A DNA stretch of 63,004 bases, counting the filler, from Stramenopiles sp. TOSAG23-2 (lineage: Eukaryota), in NCBI GenBank assembly GCA_900128395.1. It is 5 parts of 5 records of this genome, joined end to end, with 100 filler letters (N's around TTAATTAATTAA, not from the genome) between each part and the next. Parts side by side here need not be neighbours in the genome. Positions count along the whole stretch, not along the records: positions 50,500 to 63,004 come from LT649850.1; 4 more parts are not named here. One strand, given 5' to 3'. Both the position numbers and the translations under genes were made by a program. Below, one piece after another: positions 61,861 through 63,004 of the stretch (the first letter of the stretch is position 1; each line of letters starts with the position of its first letter). A model generated the notes under the pieces. The model was not told the DNA's origin. It was given only the letters and a program-made list of their open reading frames with translations, and did not search any database.

Positions 61861-62835
61861 ATGTATAACAATGTTAATCGAACCAACCAACGTCGTATAC
61901 GAGGTACAGCAAGTAGAGGTCAACGATTATTTAAACGTGCAATTAGTATACAATCGACAAGTAATAATAAATCGACCAACAATTTTGATATGGAAGAGGA
62001 AGAAATGACTATATTTCAAGTTGATGAATATGCATATGTTATACCAGAAGATACGAAAAATGGAAATTATGAACAAGTTAGAGTTAAAAAATATGACGAA
62101 GACGACCAGTCGTACATGTGCATATATGAAAATGGTATAATTGATTGGTATGAACAGAGTGAGTTAAGTTCAAAGCGAATAGTAACACGATATAACATTG
62201 ACATTTTAAATAGTAAATATCGAAAGCAATTTCCAAGAAAAAAGAAGAAATGTACTCCCTTTATAGTTGCATGTGAAGTTGGGAATTTCAGCGATGTCAT
62301 GTCTTACATTGAATATTGGAAGAAGGAAGGTAAATTAAATCGCACGTTAAATAAAACTGGTAGAAATTCAGAAAGTAAAATAGTAACCGGGTTAACAATA
62401 GCGGCTGATAATGGTCATGAAAATATTGTAAAACTTTTAATCGAAAATGGTGCAAATGCAAATCAAATAGAAAATAGCGAAGATCGACGAACGAGCTTGA
62501 TGTTAGCATCGCGAAAAGAATATATTAATATTGTTATATATTTACTTGATGTTGGAGATGCAGATCCAAATCAAATTGATAAATATGGTAAAAATGCATT
62601 GCATTATGCCGCGGAATTTAATTATAAAAATGTAGATACGGTTGATTTATTATTAAATCATTCATCTATGTCATTAGATGTGTTAAATCAACGTGCATGT
62701 GGATATACACCATTAAATTGTGCGAAAAAAAATCAAAGTGCTTTAAAAGATGAGATTTATGAATTAATTGATAGAAAAGGTGGTAAAAGTTGGAGAGAAT
62801 TGGAGGAACCATGGGAAGATGAATACATGGAATAA
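61861..62835 (+). CDS. Ankyrin repeat protein with a possible N-terminal Tudor/SH3-like barrel
   Basis: Likely start MYNNVNR; ankyrin motifs TPFIVACEVG, TGLTIAADNGH, TSLMLASRKE, GKNALHYAA, GYTPLNCA; beta-rich FQVDEYAYV...YMCIYENG segment. Confidence 0.82.
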   Translation: MYNNVNRTNQRRIRGTASRGQRLFKRAISIQSTSNNKSTNNFDMEEEEMTIFQVDEYAYVIPEDTKNGNYEQVRVKKYDEDDQSYMCIYENGIIDWYEQSELSSKRIVTRYNIDILNSKYRKQFPRKKKKCTPFIVACEVGNFSDVMSYIEYWKKEGKLNRTLNKTGRNSESKIVTGLTIAADNGHENIVKLLIENGANANQIENSEDRRTSLMLASRKEYINIVIYLLDVGDADPNQIDKYGKNALHYAAEFNYKNVDTVDLLLNHSSMSLDVLNQRACGYTPLNCAKKNQSALKDEIYELIDRKGGKSWRELEEPWEDEYME

Positions 62836-63004
62836 GATTTTCTTCTTATCCTATATAAGTTTTGTGTGATGATTTTTTTTAAATCAAGAGGGTATAAAAA
62901 TGAAATGCCAATAAGCTCTCTGTATTAATAGTATTTAATTTGATAATAATCCTGATTTTTCAAAACAAAACGGAAGAGGAGAAAGAAAATAAAAACTGGA
63001 AAAA

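Overview
AT-rich, intron-poor eukaryotic DNA with Asn/Gln homopolymer tracts, GT-AG introns, PTS1/KEEL targeting signals and ciliary-type genes. It most likely comes from a heterotrophic flagellated protist, possibly a stramenopile (inference). The window is not one locus. It is five pieces of about 12.5 kb (1-12556, 12657-25176, 25277-37790, 37891-50399, 50500-63004; lengths 12556/12520/12514/12509/12505, i.e. size-sorted) joined by an artificial 44N-TTAATTAATTAA-44N spacer, so adjacency across spacers is meaningless. Twenty protein genes are supported, mostly housekeeping or signalling (HACL1, homoserine dehydrogenase, MFS, P4H, SCP phosphatase, TOG protein, PP2C, TPR proteins, GMD, Orai, EF-hand/WD40, PP1, SDR, ankyrin). 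Most notable: (1) a secreted 897-aa protein carrying a bacterial polymorphic-toxin-like, TNT/ART-fold NADase-like domain, hydrophobic helices and Cys-rich C-terminal repeats; (2) an ankyrin-kinase-TIR-(TIR-like) immune-type protein; (3) both genes, on different contigs, are followed by the same ~45-nt dispersed motif, suggesting mobile defence-gene cassettes; (4) a 2948-aa Dispatched-like RND protein fused to a pseudo-lipase and 12 Cys-containing repeats; (5) two MITE-like elements, an EF-hand pseudokinase and an AAA-TAG +1 frameshift in homoserine dehydrogenase. All family assignments are from motif recognition by eye; no database searches were run.
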